Shown here: one piece after another, positions 51,199 through 62,142 of the stretch
How positions within the stretch are numbered: position 1 is the first letter of the stretch
Layout: each line of letters opens with the position of its first letter
Source: Nitrospirota bacterium
Lineage (GTDB): Bacteria; Nitrospirota; JACRHJ01
Assembly: GCA_963845245.1 (NCBI GenBank)
Contig: CAWJRJ010000021.1
Location: forward strand, 173,963-237,962
DNA length: 64,000 nucleotides
Direction: 5' to 3'
Made by a program: the position numbers and the translations under genes
Notes under the pieces: model-generated
Databases searched by the model: none
What the model saw: only the letters and a program-made list of their open reading frames with translations
What the model was told of the DNA's origin: nothing

Positions 51199-51894
51199 TC
51201 AGCTTTTATAGTTTTTCAACATGGATTTTATAAATAGTTTTAAGACTGCCGGTGTTTCACTTTCCTTATGCTTGGGAGGAGCTATTATACCAGCCTTCAC
51301 CCCTTCTTCTCCTGGAAGCTGCATCAAATAAAAAGAGATTCCTTCTATGCATTTATCATAGACCCTTTCGTCTTCAGGGGTTAACTTAGCTTTAAAGGAA
51401 GGGTCGTATAAAAAGTACTTTTCTAGGCTGACTCCAGATTTGCTGCTAATCTCTTTATAAAAACCCATAATATCTTGTCCAAAATTTGGAAAACCCTGGT
51501 CGTTTAAATTGTTAGCCATTCCTCTGGCAGCAGTCCTTAACTGAGGTTCGTGGTCGAAGAAATAATCAACCCACTTAGCAAACTCTTTCATTGTCTTTTT
51601 ACTAGATGCATTTTCAGGCTTTGTGTTTTCATTTAGCTTACCCATATCGGAAGCATCTGGCGCGCTTGTTAATTCTGGTGCAGGTTCATTGAAGCTTGAA
51701 ATGGTTTCTACCTCGTTAAAAGTAGTCTGATAATTTTTCCCATTAATTGTATAAAATATATTATCTCCCTCAATGGCGCATAAGTCTGCAGTTATTTGCC
51801 GCCCATCCGTGAACGTAATAACCGTCCCGGAGTCTGCAAAAGATATTGTCGGAATCAAGAGTAAAAATAAAAAAACGAAAACAAATGCCCGCAT
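51199..51894 (-). CDS. AT-rich exported hypothetical protein
   Basis: GGAGG RBS, signal peptide, 231-aa ORF, TTGACA promoter candidate upstream on the minus strand. Confidence 0.7.
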   Translation of the reverse strand: MRAFVFVFLFLLLIPTISFADSGTVITFTDGRQITADLCAIEGDNIFYTINGKNYQTTFNEVETISSFNEPAPELTSAPDASDMGKLNENTKPENASSKKTMKEFAKWVDYFFDHEPQLRTAARGMANNLNDQGFPNFGQDIMGFYKEISSKSGVSLEKYFLYDPSFKAKLTPEDERVYDKCIEGISFYLMQLPGEEGVKAGIIAPPKHKESETPAVLKLFIKSMLKNYKS

Positions 51895-52026
51895 TAAAAC
51901 CTCCGGTTATGTGGTTAGTTAATTAAATAACCAAAAGTAATTTATACTGTGGAGGCATATTTGTCAAACAATTAAATAACGGGAAACAAGCGGGTACACT
52001 GCGAGTTATAATTAATACAGGAGGGT

Positions 52027-52468
52027 ATGCAGATGAAAGAAAAAGGTTCTACGCTTTCGCAGCGGGTAGCGATCTGCTTCTCGGCGGGGGTAATAGGCGG
52101 TCTGGCGGTGGTCCTTTTCGGCCTGCGTCCTGTTTGAGTTGGGGATTAGCTCGGTGTTCGGGGTAAAGGCCCCGATATCCTTTAGCCCGCCGGATATATA
52201 CAGGCCGCTCTTCTGGGGCGGGCTGTGGGGTATCCCGTTCGGGCTTATTATAAAGGCCGCCTGGAAGCGGCTGTACCTCTTCGGGCTTCTCTACTTCCTT
52301 GCGCCGGTGCTGGCGCTGTACGTTTATTTCCTGCCGATGAGGGGTGCGGGGTATTTCGGGCTTCAGCAGGGCGGGCCGATGTTCGCAGTCTACCTGCTGC
52401 TGGTCAATGTGCCGTACGGGATAGTCACCGCTTTGGCCGCAAGGGCGATAATCGGGAAGAAGCCGTAA
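52027..52468 (+). CDS. Small four-TM membrane protein (frameshifted)
   Basis: GGAGG RBS, FSAG.IGG, Y.PLFWGGLWG, LP..GAG.FG, N..YG. Confidence 0.7.
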
Positions 52469-52474
52469 GGCTGC

Positions 52475-53306
52475 TTATAACTGGCCGAAGTTTATCAGTT
52501 CAATACCCTTGGACTCGACCATCGTCTTTGATGCTGTTGTCCGTTACCGCCGCAAGCTCAGTAACCCATCCCTTGCCCCAGTTGATCTCTTTAGTCAGTT
52601 CTGGATTCGGCAGCCCCGGATGGCACATTATCTCGCTCGTGCCTTCTGGCAGAGATTCTATTATGGCGGTAAGCCTTGCGGTGTCAAGCCGTCCCGTCTC
52701 CGGCAGTCCGAAGAAGTTGTCGGGATGCTTCAATCCTGCTTCATCAAGCTGCTGTCTCTGCGACTTCGCCATGCCTTCGAGTATCAGTTTCTCCATCGTC
52801 CGAAACGGTGAATACAAGCCATTCCACGGCCCGACAGGGTAGCGCACCGCGCCTATCCCGTACTCCTTCGCAAGCCTCAGGACAATCTTGAATACCGGGC
52901 CGAGCATGAACAGGTGCTGGTGTCCGTCGAGGTGCGTCGGCTTTATTCCTAGCTGTATGGCCCTCTCGATCTGCGCACGCAGTTCCGTCTCTATCTCTGC
53001 GGTCTTTATGGAGCCTGAGAACAGCCCAAGCGCAAACTGCATCGGGCCGGCGGGAAGCCTGCCGCCTCCGGCAAGCGACGGTATGTATTCCGGCATGGAT
53101 ACGGGCCGCTCGATTGTCAGACACAGATGCACGCCGACGCCGAGGGTCGGGTTCTCTTTCGCGAGGGCTGCCGCGTGTCCTGCCGCCGTCCCGCCCGCAA
53201 GCAGGCTGGTGGACGTGATGATGCCTTCCCGGTGGCCCTTTATGATGCCGAGGCTCACCGACTCGGCCATCCCGAAGTCGTCCGCGTTTACGATGAGCCG
53301 CCTCAA
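52475..53306 (-). CDS. ChbG/HpnK (YdjC) family deacetylase (C-terminal frameshift)
   Basis: LIVNADDFG, G.H..L, THLDGHQH, EIMCHPG. Confidence 0.9.
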
Positions 53307-55993
53307 GCCTTGCCCCCGCGTGCCTTCCGCTGGGAGGGCGCCGCCAGACCTTTGAGCAGGTGCTGCCTCTTCAGCAGGTCCAGCACAAACGCCTCTTCCT
53401 CTTCGGGTGTCTCGACATCGCCGTTCATGCTCGCCTCAAGGAGTTTCTCCAGTAGCCTCTTATAGACCGGGCCGGGCTTCAGTCCAAGCTCGGATGAGGT
53501 CGTCGCCGGTGAGCATGGGCTCTACGGCTTTGTAATGCGTGAGGAAGAGCGATATGTTCTTCTTCGCGTGCGCCTCCTTCGCCTTCGCCATCATGAACAG
53601 GAGCACCTCGACCGGCAGCGGCTTTAGCCTCGTATAGACTTCGTAAGGCTTGAACCCGGGGTTTCTGTACAGGTCGCTAAGGAGCCTGTTGCCCTCCCGC
53701 CTCGCCAGCTTTATCTTTCTCTTGTGTCGCTCCGGTATGGTGAGGCGCGTGCCGAGTTCGTCAACCTCTTTCTCCGGGACGAAGTTGAAAAGCGCCATGA
53801 AATACACCACCCATATGTCCGCCTCGACGTCCAGGAACAGAAGCTTGAACCATGCAAGCGTCTCCTCTATCGAGACGAACAGGGCCTCGAAATCCTTTGT
53901 GAGGCGGAGCCTGTGGTGGATGAACTTAAGCAGTTTGAAGTCCTCAAGCCGCCGCATGGTGTTCAGCGGCCGGGTCTCCTTGAATATCAGCACAAGCTCG
54001 GCGTACACGCGGCTTCCGGCTAGACGGTGGAACAGCTCCATCTTCACCGCGTTCTTTATCAGGTTCTGGGTATGCTTCGAGATGGTGAAGCCCATCCGGT
54101 TCTCGAACCGCACCGCCCGGAAAGCGCGTGTCGGGTCCTCGATGAGGCTCAGGTTGTGCAGCACGCGGATCGTCTTCTCCTTTATGTCGCGCTGTCCGCC
54201 GAAGAAGTCTATAAGCTCGCCGAAGCCGTTCTCGTTTATCTTTATCGCAAGCGCGTTCACCGTGAAGTCCCGGCGGTAGAGGTCCTTCTTGATGGATCCG
54301 ATCTCAACCGTAGGCAGCGCCGCCGGGTACTCGTAGTACTCCGTCCTGGCCGTCGCGATGTCGAACTTGGCCCGTGTCGGCAGTATCACCACCGCCGTCC
54401 CGAACTTCTGGTGTACCCGCACCCGCGCCCCGTGTTCCTTTGCGAAGTCCAGCGCAAACGGTATGCCCTGTCCTTCCACCACGACGTCGAGGTCGAAGTT
54501 CTCCACCCCCAGCAGCAGGTCGCGTACGAACCCGCCCACCGCGTATATCGAATAGCCGAACTCGTCCGCCTTTCTTCCAAGCTCAGACAGAAGCCCAAGC
54601 GTCTCGGCCGGGAGCCTGTCCCGCATCAGGCCTGCGACGTTCCGGGAGTAGGCGTCCTCGCCCTTCATCCCGGGCTCGCCGTCCACCCCCGCGCGGCTTG
54701 CGCTGTCGTGGATGGCCCGCAGCAGGTCGGTACGGGTTATCGCGCCTATGACCTTGTCGTCCTCCGTGATGGGCAGGAACCGCTGGTTGTGCCTTATCAT
54801 CAGCTCTTCGACCGCCTGAAGCGCCGTCGTCGGGTCGGCGGTCTTGAAGTCCGTGTACATCACTTCCGTCACGGGCCTCTCGCCAAGCCCGTGGTGCAGG
54901 GAGCGCTGGACCACCTCGCGGCTCACAAGCCCTGTGAGCTTGCTGCCCTTCAGCACCGGCAGCACGTTCACCCCGTAGCGGGTAAGCGACTCCTCCGCAT
55001 CCTGTATGGTGGCGGAGTCCCGTATGCTTATCACCGGGCTGGTCATAATGTCGCTGGCGGTCTTCGATGCGTTGTATCGTCTTCTTCAGCACGCTCAGCA
55101 GCTTGTCCACCACCTTGTTGATGGCGGTCTCGTGCACCGTCGCGGATGCGGCGGTCGGGTGTCCTCCCCCGCCGAACTCGTGTACCACCGCGCCGACGTC
55201 CACCTCCCGTATACGGCTTCTGGCGACGATGTGTATCCTGTCCTCCATGCGCACCACGCAGAAGATGACGTCGATGTTCTCGATGTCGCGTATCTTGTGC
55301 GACAGGACAGCGATGTCCTGAATATATTTCTTGGACGAGGCGGACGCGACCGACACCTTCACGCCGTCGAAGTAGTAGCTCTCGATGGATTTGAGGAGGT
55401 CGTTCAATAACCCTATCTGGTCGGCGTCCAGTTCCCTTGTTATGAAGTCTGCGACGATGTTGAGGTTTGCTCCCTGGGACAGCAGCCATGCCGCCGCCTG
55501 TATGTCGCGCGGCGTGGTGGACGTGAATACCAGCGAGCCGGTCTCCTCGTACACCCCCAGGGCCATGATCGTCGCCTCGGTGGGCGTTAAAGGAATACCT
55601 TTCTCCCGGAGCATCTCGGTAAAGAGGGTGGTGCATGCGCCGACCTGCTCCACGTGTTCGAACTCGCCGCGTATGTCCTCGGCGGTAAACGGGTGGTGGT
55701 CGTAGATATGCACAGAGAGGCCCGGCCTGTCGAGTATCTCGGCAAAGCGGCCTATGCGGTCGCGGCTCTTGGTGTCCACCAGTATGAGCCTCGTCACCTG
55801 GCCCATGTCGATGTCCTTCACCCGGTCGAACTTCATCGCATATATCGTCGATTGCAGGAAGAACTCGCGGAGGCTCCGCTCCTGCGCGCCGGGGAACACC
55901 AGGTGCGCGTCCGGATAAATCTTCTTCGCGGCCATCATGGAGGCGAGCGCGTCGAAGTCGGCGTTAATATGGCAGGTAGTATATAACTTCCAA
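53303..55993 (-). CDS. cca: tRNA nucleotidyltransferase with N-terminal DHH/DHHA1 and CBS domains (frameshifted)
   Basis: H.NADFD, DHH, GGGH, CBS pair, VGGFVRD...D.D, RRDFT.NA, EDPTR.FRA.RF. Confidence 0.92.
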
Positions 55994-56881
55994 TTATCCT
56001 CTCGGATGAAACTCCTTGTGCAGTTTCTTCAGCCTCGATACTTCCACATGGGTATATATCTGCGTCGTCGCGATGTCCGAGTGCCCCAGCATCATCTGGA
56101 CGGCCCGCAGGTCCGCCCCGTGCTCAAGCAGATGCGTCGCGAAGGAGTGCCGCAGAACATGCGGAGATACGTCCTTCTTAATCCCGGCCTTTAGCGCATA
56201 CTTCTTAATGATCTTCCAGAAAGACTGCCGGGTCATGCCGCCCCCGCGTCTGGTAACGAACAGGAAGTTCGACTGCCTGCCCTTCAACATCGCCGGGCGC
56301 GCAGTCTGATAATAAACCTTCACTGCCGAGATCGCGGTGTCGTTGAGCGGTACTACCCGCCCCTTGGAGCCTTTTCCGAACACGTTTATGTACCCGACCT
56401 CGAACTCCACGTCCCCGGCCTTCGCCCCGACCAGCTCGCTCGCACGAAGCCCGGCGGCATAAAGCAGCTCGAACATCGCCCTGTCGCGTATCGCCTCCGG
56501 CGTATCGCCGTTCGGGGCGGCAAGGAGCGCCTCGACCTCCGGGCTCGTCAGGAAATGCGGCAGGATGAGCCCTTTCCTTGGCGACTCGATGGCCTCGGTC
56601 GGGTCCTTGCTGGTCATTTTCTCCATAAGCATGAACCGGTGCAGGCCCTTCACAGCCACAAGCGCCCTCGCGGCGGACGACGAAGACAGGCCGGTTTTCC
56701 TCAGATGCTCGATGAACCCCTTGATTTCGCCCCTGCCGGAGGCACGTGGGTCGGTGATCCCGGCATTTGCCAGGAATCCCGCATAGTTGCGCAGGTCCCT
56801 GGCGTAGGACTCCAGCGTGTTGGGGGAGAGCCCCTTTTCCACTGTTAAGTAGTTGATGAAGGCCGTAACCGTCTTTTCCAT
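55994..56881 (-). CDS. xerD: Site-specific tyrosine recombinase
   Basis: RDRAM.ELLYA.GLR.SEL, GKGSK, SPH.LRHSFATHLL, LGH.DI.TTQIYTHV, HPRG end. Confidence 0.93.
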   Translation of the reverse strand: MEKTVTAFINYLTVEKGLSPNTLESYARDLRNYAGFLANAGITDPRASGRGEIKGFIEHLRKTGLSSSSAARALVAVKGLHRFMLMEKMTSKDPTEAIESPRKGLILPHFLTSPEVEALLAAPNGDTPEAIRDRAMFELLYAAGLRASELVGAKAGDVEFEVGYINVFGKGSKGRVVPLNDTAISAVKVYYQTARPAMLKGRQSNFLFVTRRGGGMTRQSFWKIIKKYALKAGIKKDVSPHVLRHSFATHLLEHGADLRAVQMMLGHSDIATTQIYTHVEVSRLKKLHKEFHPRG

Positions 56882-56968
56882 CCTTAAATGATAGTTTACG
56901 AATCCCATAAATGCAAGAAAGAATTAATAATTTGGCTGCCGGGCAGTCTGGGGCGGGGGCGAAAAACC

Positions 56969-56997
56969 TTGACAATCACCCCTTGTTTCACTATGAT
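56969..56997 (+). promoter_or_regulatory. sigma70 promoter of the S2P-trpS-scpAB operon
   Basis: TTGACA-17-TATGAT. Confidence 0.65.
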
Positions 56998-57048
56998 TTA
57001 AAATTCAATCATAATGCCACCTTACAAACATAATCCCGGAAGGTTTCG

Positions 57049-57777
57049 ATGGACGTAGCCAATATAGCAAGAAGTATCTCGATATATGCGGTACCGGTGC
57101 TGATGGCGGTCATACTGCACGAGGTTGCGCATGGGTGGGTGGCGGAGAAGTTCGGCGACTCCACCGCAAGAAGGGCGGGCAGACTTACACTGAACCCGCT
57201 TTCGCATATCGACCCGATAGGCACGGTGCTTCTGCCGCTTGTCTTGATAGCAATCGGTTCAAAATACCTCTTCGGCTGGGCGAAGCCGGTGCCTGTTAAT
57301 TTCTCGGCTCTCAGGAACCCCAAGCGGGACATGATATGGGTCGCCCTCTCCGGGCCGGGTACAAACTTTTTCCTTGCGCTGTTCAGCGCGATAGCCCTAA
57401 GGCTCATTATAATCTTCGAGCCGAATGCGGTCATGATGGCGGACCAGAACGTAGCACCTGCCGCGCTCCGGGAGATGGGTGTAGCAGTCTCCGTGCTCAC
57501 ACCGATAGCCCTTATGCTCGTCGCGTCCATATGGATAAACTGTGTGCTGATGGTGCTGAACCTCATCCCGGTGCCGCCGCTGGATGGCGGGCGGGTGCTG
57601 GTCGGCTTACTGCCGCCGAGGGCGGCTTACAGCTACAGCAAGGTGGAGCCCTTCGGTTTCCTGATAGTCATCGCTGCTGGTGTTCATGCTGCCGCAGAGC
57701 CAGGCGATATTCTACGGTATTATAAGGATCTTCGTCTCACTGTTCTTTTTAGTGGCTTCCTATTAAGTTTTAATTAA
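57049..57777 (+). CDS. Site-2 protease (M50) family
   Basis: HEVAHG, GRLTLNP..HID, GWAKPVP, NLIPVPPLDG. Probable frameshift in the last TM segment. Confidence 0.92.
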   Translation: MDVANIARSISIYAVPVLMAVILHEVAHGWVAEKFGDSTARRAGRLTLNPLSHIDPIGTVLLPLVLIAIGSKYLFGWAKPVPVNFSALRNPKRDMIWVALSGPGTNFFLALFSAIALRLIIIFEPNAVMMADQNVAPAALREMGVAVSVLTPIALMLVASIWINCVLMVLNLIPVPPLDGGRVLVGLLPPRAAYSYSKVEPFGFLIVIAAGVHAAAEPGDILRYYKDLRLTVLFSGFLLSFN

Positions 57778-57793
57778 ACGAGGTTTGAGTTAG

Positions 57794-58777
57794 ATGTCAA
57801 AGAAACGTGTTTTATCCGGTATGCGCCCCACGGGCAAGATGCAGCTTGGGAACCTTCTGGGCGCGGTGGCCAACTGGAAGAAGTTGCAGGACCAGTACGA
57901 GTCGTTTTTCTTCATAGCCGACTGGCACGCGCTGACGACGAACTATGCCGACACGAAGGACCTGCGGGCCTCGAAGAACGACATGCTGGTCGACCTTCTC
58001 GCGGCCGGGCTCGACCCGGAGAAATGCACCATATTCGTGCAGTCGAAGCTCATGGAACACGCCGAGCTTTTCTTGTACCTGTCCATGATTACCCCGCTCC
58101 CGTGGCTTGAGAGGAACCCCACCTACAAGGAGCAGATGGAGAACATCACGGACAAGGACCTGACGAACTTCGGGTTCCTGGGCTATCCTGTGCTCATGGC
58201 GGCGGACATCCTCATATACAAGGCGGACATGGTGCCGGTGGGTATTGACCAGCTCCCGCACCTGGAGCTTACCCGCGAGATAGCAAGGCGGTTCAATAAC
58301 CTCTACAAGCCGGTATTCCCGGAGCCGCAGGCGATGATGACCGAGCTGCCCAAGGTGCCCGGCATGGACGGGCGCAAGATGTCCAAGAGCTACGGCAACG
58401 CGATATACATATCCGACAGCCCTGAGGAGATGCGCAAGAAGATAAAGATTATAGTCACGGACCCGGCGCGCGTCAAACGCACCGACCCCGGCAACCCGGA
58501 GTTATGCACCGCGTTCGTGTTCCACAGCATCTATACGCCCAAGGAAGAGATCCCGCAGATAGAGGCGGACTGCCGTTCTGCCGCCATCGGCTGCGTGGAC
58601 TGCAAGAAGAGGCTCGCCGAGTACATGCTGGCCCAGCTTGAGCCGATATACGCGAAGAGGCAGGAACTTCTCACGAGGCAGGATTATCTGACCAGCGTGG
58701 TGGAAGAGGGCGACAAGAAGGCGCGTGTCGTCGCCGAAGCGACCATGGCCGACGTACGCGACGCGATAGGGATATAA
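57794..58777 (+). CDS. trpS: Tryptophanyl-tRNA synthetase
   Basis: SGMRPTG...GN, YPVLMAADIL, VPVG.DQ, KMSKS. Confidence 0.97.
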   Translation: MSKKRVLSGMRPTGKMQLGNLLGAVANWKKLQDQYESFFFIADWHALTTNYADTKDLRASKNDMLVDLLAAGLDPEKCTIFVQSKLMEHAELFLYLSMITPLPWLERNPTYKEQMENITDKDLTNFGFLGYPVLMAADILIYKADMVPVGIDQLPHLELTREIARRFNNLYKPVFPEPQAMMTELPKVPGMDGRKMSKSYGNAIYISDSPEEMRKKIKIIVTDPARVKRTDPGNPELCTAFVFHSIYTPKEEIPQIEADCRSAAIGCVDCKKRLAEYMLAQLEPIYAKRQELLTRQDYLTSVVEEGDKKARVVAEATMADVRDAIGI

Positions 58778-59516
58778 TTGAGCGAATACAGCATAAAAAT
58801 ACCGCTGTTCGAGGGGCCGCTTGACCTGCTGCTCCACCTCATAAAGAAGAACGAGGTGGACATCTACGACATCCCGGTCCTGACGATAGCCGACCAGTAC
58901 GTCGAGTACATCGAGCTGATGAAGGACCTGAACCTCGAGGTCGCGGGCGAGTTCCTTGTGATGGCGGCGACGCTTGCGCAGATAAAGTCCCGGATGCTCC
59001 TGCCCCCGAAAGAGGGCGAGGCGGGCGAGGAGGACGGCCAGGACCCGCGCGCACAGCTTATCGCAAGGCTTGTGGAGTACCGCAAGTTCAAGGAGGCGGC
59101 CGAGGACCTGGGCAGCCGCGAGAGCTTCTGGCGCGAGGTGTTCGTCCGTCAGGGCAAGGGCGCATGGGAGGACAACCCGGAGCCAGCAGGAGGAGATGCT
59201 CTTCAACTTCGGGCTGATGGACCTTCTGGACGCGTTCAAGAAGGTGCTCAAAAATGCCCCTTCCGGTCATTTCCACGAGATAAGCGGCGAAAGCATAAGC
59301 ATTACGGACAAGATAAACAAGATACTGGAACTGCTTGAGAATGCGGAGAGCATAACGTTTGAGTCGATATTCGACGGGGCGCGCACGAAGCACCAGATAG
59401 TCGTCACCTTCCTGGCGCTTCTGGAGCTTGCCAAGCTTCGCGCGATAAAACTGATGCAGGTTGAAGAATTCGGGACAATCAGGATAATGAAGGCGGTGGC
59501 CGATGGAGTTCAATAG
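58778..59516 (+). CDS. scpA: Segregation and condensation protein A (frameshifted)
   Basis: FEGPLDLLL.LI, FL.MAATL..IKS..LLP, TFLALLEL. Confidence 0.95.
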
Positions 59517-60440
59517 CTTGAAGGCGGCCGTGGAGGCGCTCCTGTACGTTTCGGACATGCCCCTGTCGCTGAAGAAGATCCGTGAGACCCTGGGCGATGA
59601 TATGTCGTTCGAGGACGTCAGGGCGGGCGTGAATGCGCTCGTGGCCGAGTTCGAGGCAGACGGGCGCGGCGTGAGGATCGCCGAGCTTGCGGGCGGGTAC
59701 CAGTTCATAACCCGGCCCGAGTACGCGGTCTATATCAAGAAGCTCCAGAAGATCAGGCCGCCGAAGCTCTCAGCCCAGTCTCTCGAGACTCTTGCCATCA
59801 TCGCATACCGACAGCCGATAATAAAGGCCGAGATAGAAGCGATAAGGGGCGTGTCGGCAGACGGCGTCATAAAGACGCTGCTCGACAGGCGTCTGGTGAA
59901 GATAGCGGGCAGGCAGGACGTCCCCGGCAAGCCGATGATGTACGCCACCACGACAGAGTTCCTCCAGTACTTCGGGCTGAAGGACCTGAACTCGCTCCCG
60001 TCGCTCCGTGAGCTTGAACGCGAGCTTGGCATGGAGGAGAACTCCATCCTGAGCGGGCTTGAGCCGGAACTTCCGGGCCTCGACGGCCCCGAGATGGAGG
60101 AGATGGCCAGGGAGTACCGGGCCAAAAAGGCCGCGGAGGCGGCAGCAGAGGCTGCGGCAATTGAGGCGGCAGAGATTTCCGAGATAGAGGCGTCCGAAGC
60201 CTCTGAAGCCACTTTCGGGGTTGAAGATGCGGCTGCGGCTGCCGTCTTTGATGAGGCCGATGCCGTAATCGAAGACGCCTATGAGGAAGCCGCATGCGAC
60301 CCGGTGCCGGATGCCCAGGAAAACCTGAGCAGCCCGCTGACGAGCCTGCCGATGAGCCAGGGGAAAGCCTCGCCGGCGATGCTGAAGCGCCGGAGCCCGA
60401 TATTCCTGAGCCGGAGGCGCCGGAAGGCGAAAGTATTTAG
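59503..60440 (+). CDS. scpB: Segregation and condensation protein B with acidic tail
   Basis: EALL, LS...LETLAIIAY.QP, YATT..FL..FGL..L..LP. Tail frameshifted near 60320; corrected stop TAG at 60440. Confidence 0.93.
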
Positions 60441-60518
60441 CCTTTGACGTATAAAACCGTTGACATACAAGCTCCCGGTTTGTTATATTAAAAAACCGTT
60501 TTATTGGGGGGCAGTACA

Positions 60519-61427
60519 ATGGAAGAGTCAGAGAAAATTTGGATGGACGGCAAGATGGTCGCATGGAAAGACGCGACCGTACCTGTCATGGTCCACAGCC
60601 TGCATTACGGCCTCGGGGTCTTCGAGGGCATCCGGTGCTACAAGGGCAAGGACGGCTCGAACATCTTCAGGCTGGACGAGCACATTGACAGGCTGTTCGA
60701 CTCTGCCCATATCTTCCAGTTGGAAGTCCCCTACACCAAGGCGCAGATAAAAAAGGCGATAATAGATACCGTCAAGGTCAACAAGCTCAAGGAGTGCTAC
60801 ATCCGCCCGCTGATATACATCGGCTACGGCGCGATGGGCATATACGTCAACGGGCCGATAAACGCGATGGTGGCCGCATGGCCGTGGGGCGCGTACCTGG
60901 GCGATGACGCAATAAAGAACGGGATAAAGGTGCATGTAAGCTCCTACACCCGTCATCATGTCAATGTCACGATGACCCGCGCGAAGTTCACCGGGGCCTA
61001 CTTCAACTCCCAGCTTGCAAAGCGCGAGGCGAAGTCCCAGGGCTGCGACGAGGCGCTTATGCTCGACACCGAGGGCTACGTGGCCGAGGGCACGGGCGAG
61101 AACGTGTTCATCGTGCGCAAGGGCGTGCTGAAGACCCCGCCGCTCACCTGCATACTCGAAGGCATCACCCGCGAGACCATCATGCAGCTCGCGCGCGAGA
61201 TGAAGCTTGAGGTCCATGAGGAGCGGTTCACGAGGGACGAGGTATACATTGCCGACGAGGCCTTCTTCACAGGCACGGCCGCAGAGGTCACGCCGATAAG
61301 GGAGCTTGACGGCAGGCTGATAAAAGACGGAAAGCCCGGCCCGGTAACGAAGAAGCTTCAGAAGCTCTACTTCGACGTGGTGCACGGCAGGTCCGCGAAG
61401 CACAAGAAGTGGCTGACCAAGGTTTAA
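60519..61427 (+). CDS. ilvE: Branched-chain amino acid aminotransferase
   Basis: HSLHYG.GVFEG.R, YIRP, AK..G.Y, EG.GEN.F, LEGITR, GTAAEVTP. Confidence 0.97.
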   Translation: MEESEKIWMDGKMVAWKDATVPVMVHSLHYGLGVFEGIRCYKGKDGSNIFRLDEHIDRLFDSAHIFQLEVPYTKAQIKKAIIDTVKVNKLKECYIRPLIYIGYGAMGIYVNGPINAMVAAWPWGAYLGDDAIKNGIKVHVSSYTRHHVNVTMTRAKFTGAYFNSQLAKREAKSQGCDEALMLDTEGYVAEGTGENVFIVRKGVLKTPPLTCILEGITRETIMQLAREMKLEVHEERFTRDEVYIADEAFFTGTAAEVTPIRELDGRLIKDGKPGPVTKKLQKLYFDVVHGRSAKHKKWLTKV

Positions 61428-61484
61428 GTTTTAAATAAATCCCCTCTTTCCCCTCTTAGTATTATAAGGGCGGGAACAATGCTT

Positions 61485-61569
61485 GCCGGAGTGGTGGAAT
61501 TGGTAGACACGCACGTTTGAGGGGCGTGTGGGGCAACCCGTACGAGTTCAAATCTCGTCTTCGGCACCA
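61485..61569 (+). tRNA. tRNA-Leu (anticodon GAG), CCA encoded
   Basis: GCCGGAG acceptor stem, D-loop TGG, anticodon stem CACGT/GCGTG with loop TTGAGGG, long variable arm, GTTCAAAT T-loop, ACCA end. Confidence 0.96.
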
Positions 61570-61574
61570 TAAAG

Positions 61575-61610
61575 AAAAAGGGCGACTCGCAAGAGTCGCC
61601 CTTTTTTATT
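61575..61610 (+). terminator. Bidirectional Rho-independent terminator
   Basis: AAAAAGGGCGACTC-GCAA-GAGTCGCCCTTTTT. Confidence 0.9.
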
Positions 61611-61698
61611 CTTGATAAATATTAAAAATACAAATAAAATCTATCTAGCTGACTATTTTGCAGTTCAGAACTGTCTAACGGGAAGAGTGAGGAACAAT

Positions 61699-62124
61699 AT
61701 GCTACCGCTACTCGGTGTCTTATTTTCGATGTCAACTTTCATAATTTTGGGGCTACTTGTTATTGGAATAGTTTACCTCCTGATTCGAGTAACAAAAAAG
61801 AAGAATTCACATTTAAATGATACACCAGGGGGTGATATAAAATGCCCCAATTGTGGTTTTATCGGTGCGCCTGTAAAATACACACGAGGCTCATTTTGGA
61901 TTGAAATAATACTTTGGTTGTGTTTTTTAGTTCCGGGGTTAATTTATTCCGTCTGGAGACTTACCACAAAGAGTATTGTGTGCCCCAGATGCAAATATAA
62001 TAATATAATTCCTTTTGTAAAGCCTGACGGAACTTCGCATGATGAAAAAATTTGTCCCTACTGTGCAGAGACGATTAAGGCTGCGGCCAAAATTTGTAAA
62101 CATTGCAGTAAAGAGGTAACCTAA
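61699..62124 (+). CDS. Membrane protein with zinc-ribbon motifs
   Basis: TM, CPNC..TM..CPRC, then a CPYCAE.I...A..CKHC ribbon. Confidence 0.75.
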   Translation: MLPLLGVLFSMSTFIILGLLVIGIVYLLIRVTKKKNSHLNDTPGGDIKCPNCGFIGAPVKYTRGSFWIEIILWLCFLVPGLIYSVWRLTTKSIVCPRCKYNNIIPFVKPDGTSHDEKICPYCAETIKAAAKICKHCSKEVT

Positions 62125-62142
62125 AGGATAGCGGGGGGGGCA

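Noticed and set aside
55994..56881. Tyrosine recombinase as the integrase of the tRNA-Leu island
   Set aside because: It has XerD signatures and host-like composition, sits in a housekeeping operon, and is separated from the tRNA by core genes.
61438..61474. AATCCCCTCTTTCCCCTCTT...AAGGGCGGG as another dispersed repeat
   Set aside because: It resembles C-rich/G-rich palindromic repeats but is degenerate and single-copy in this window.
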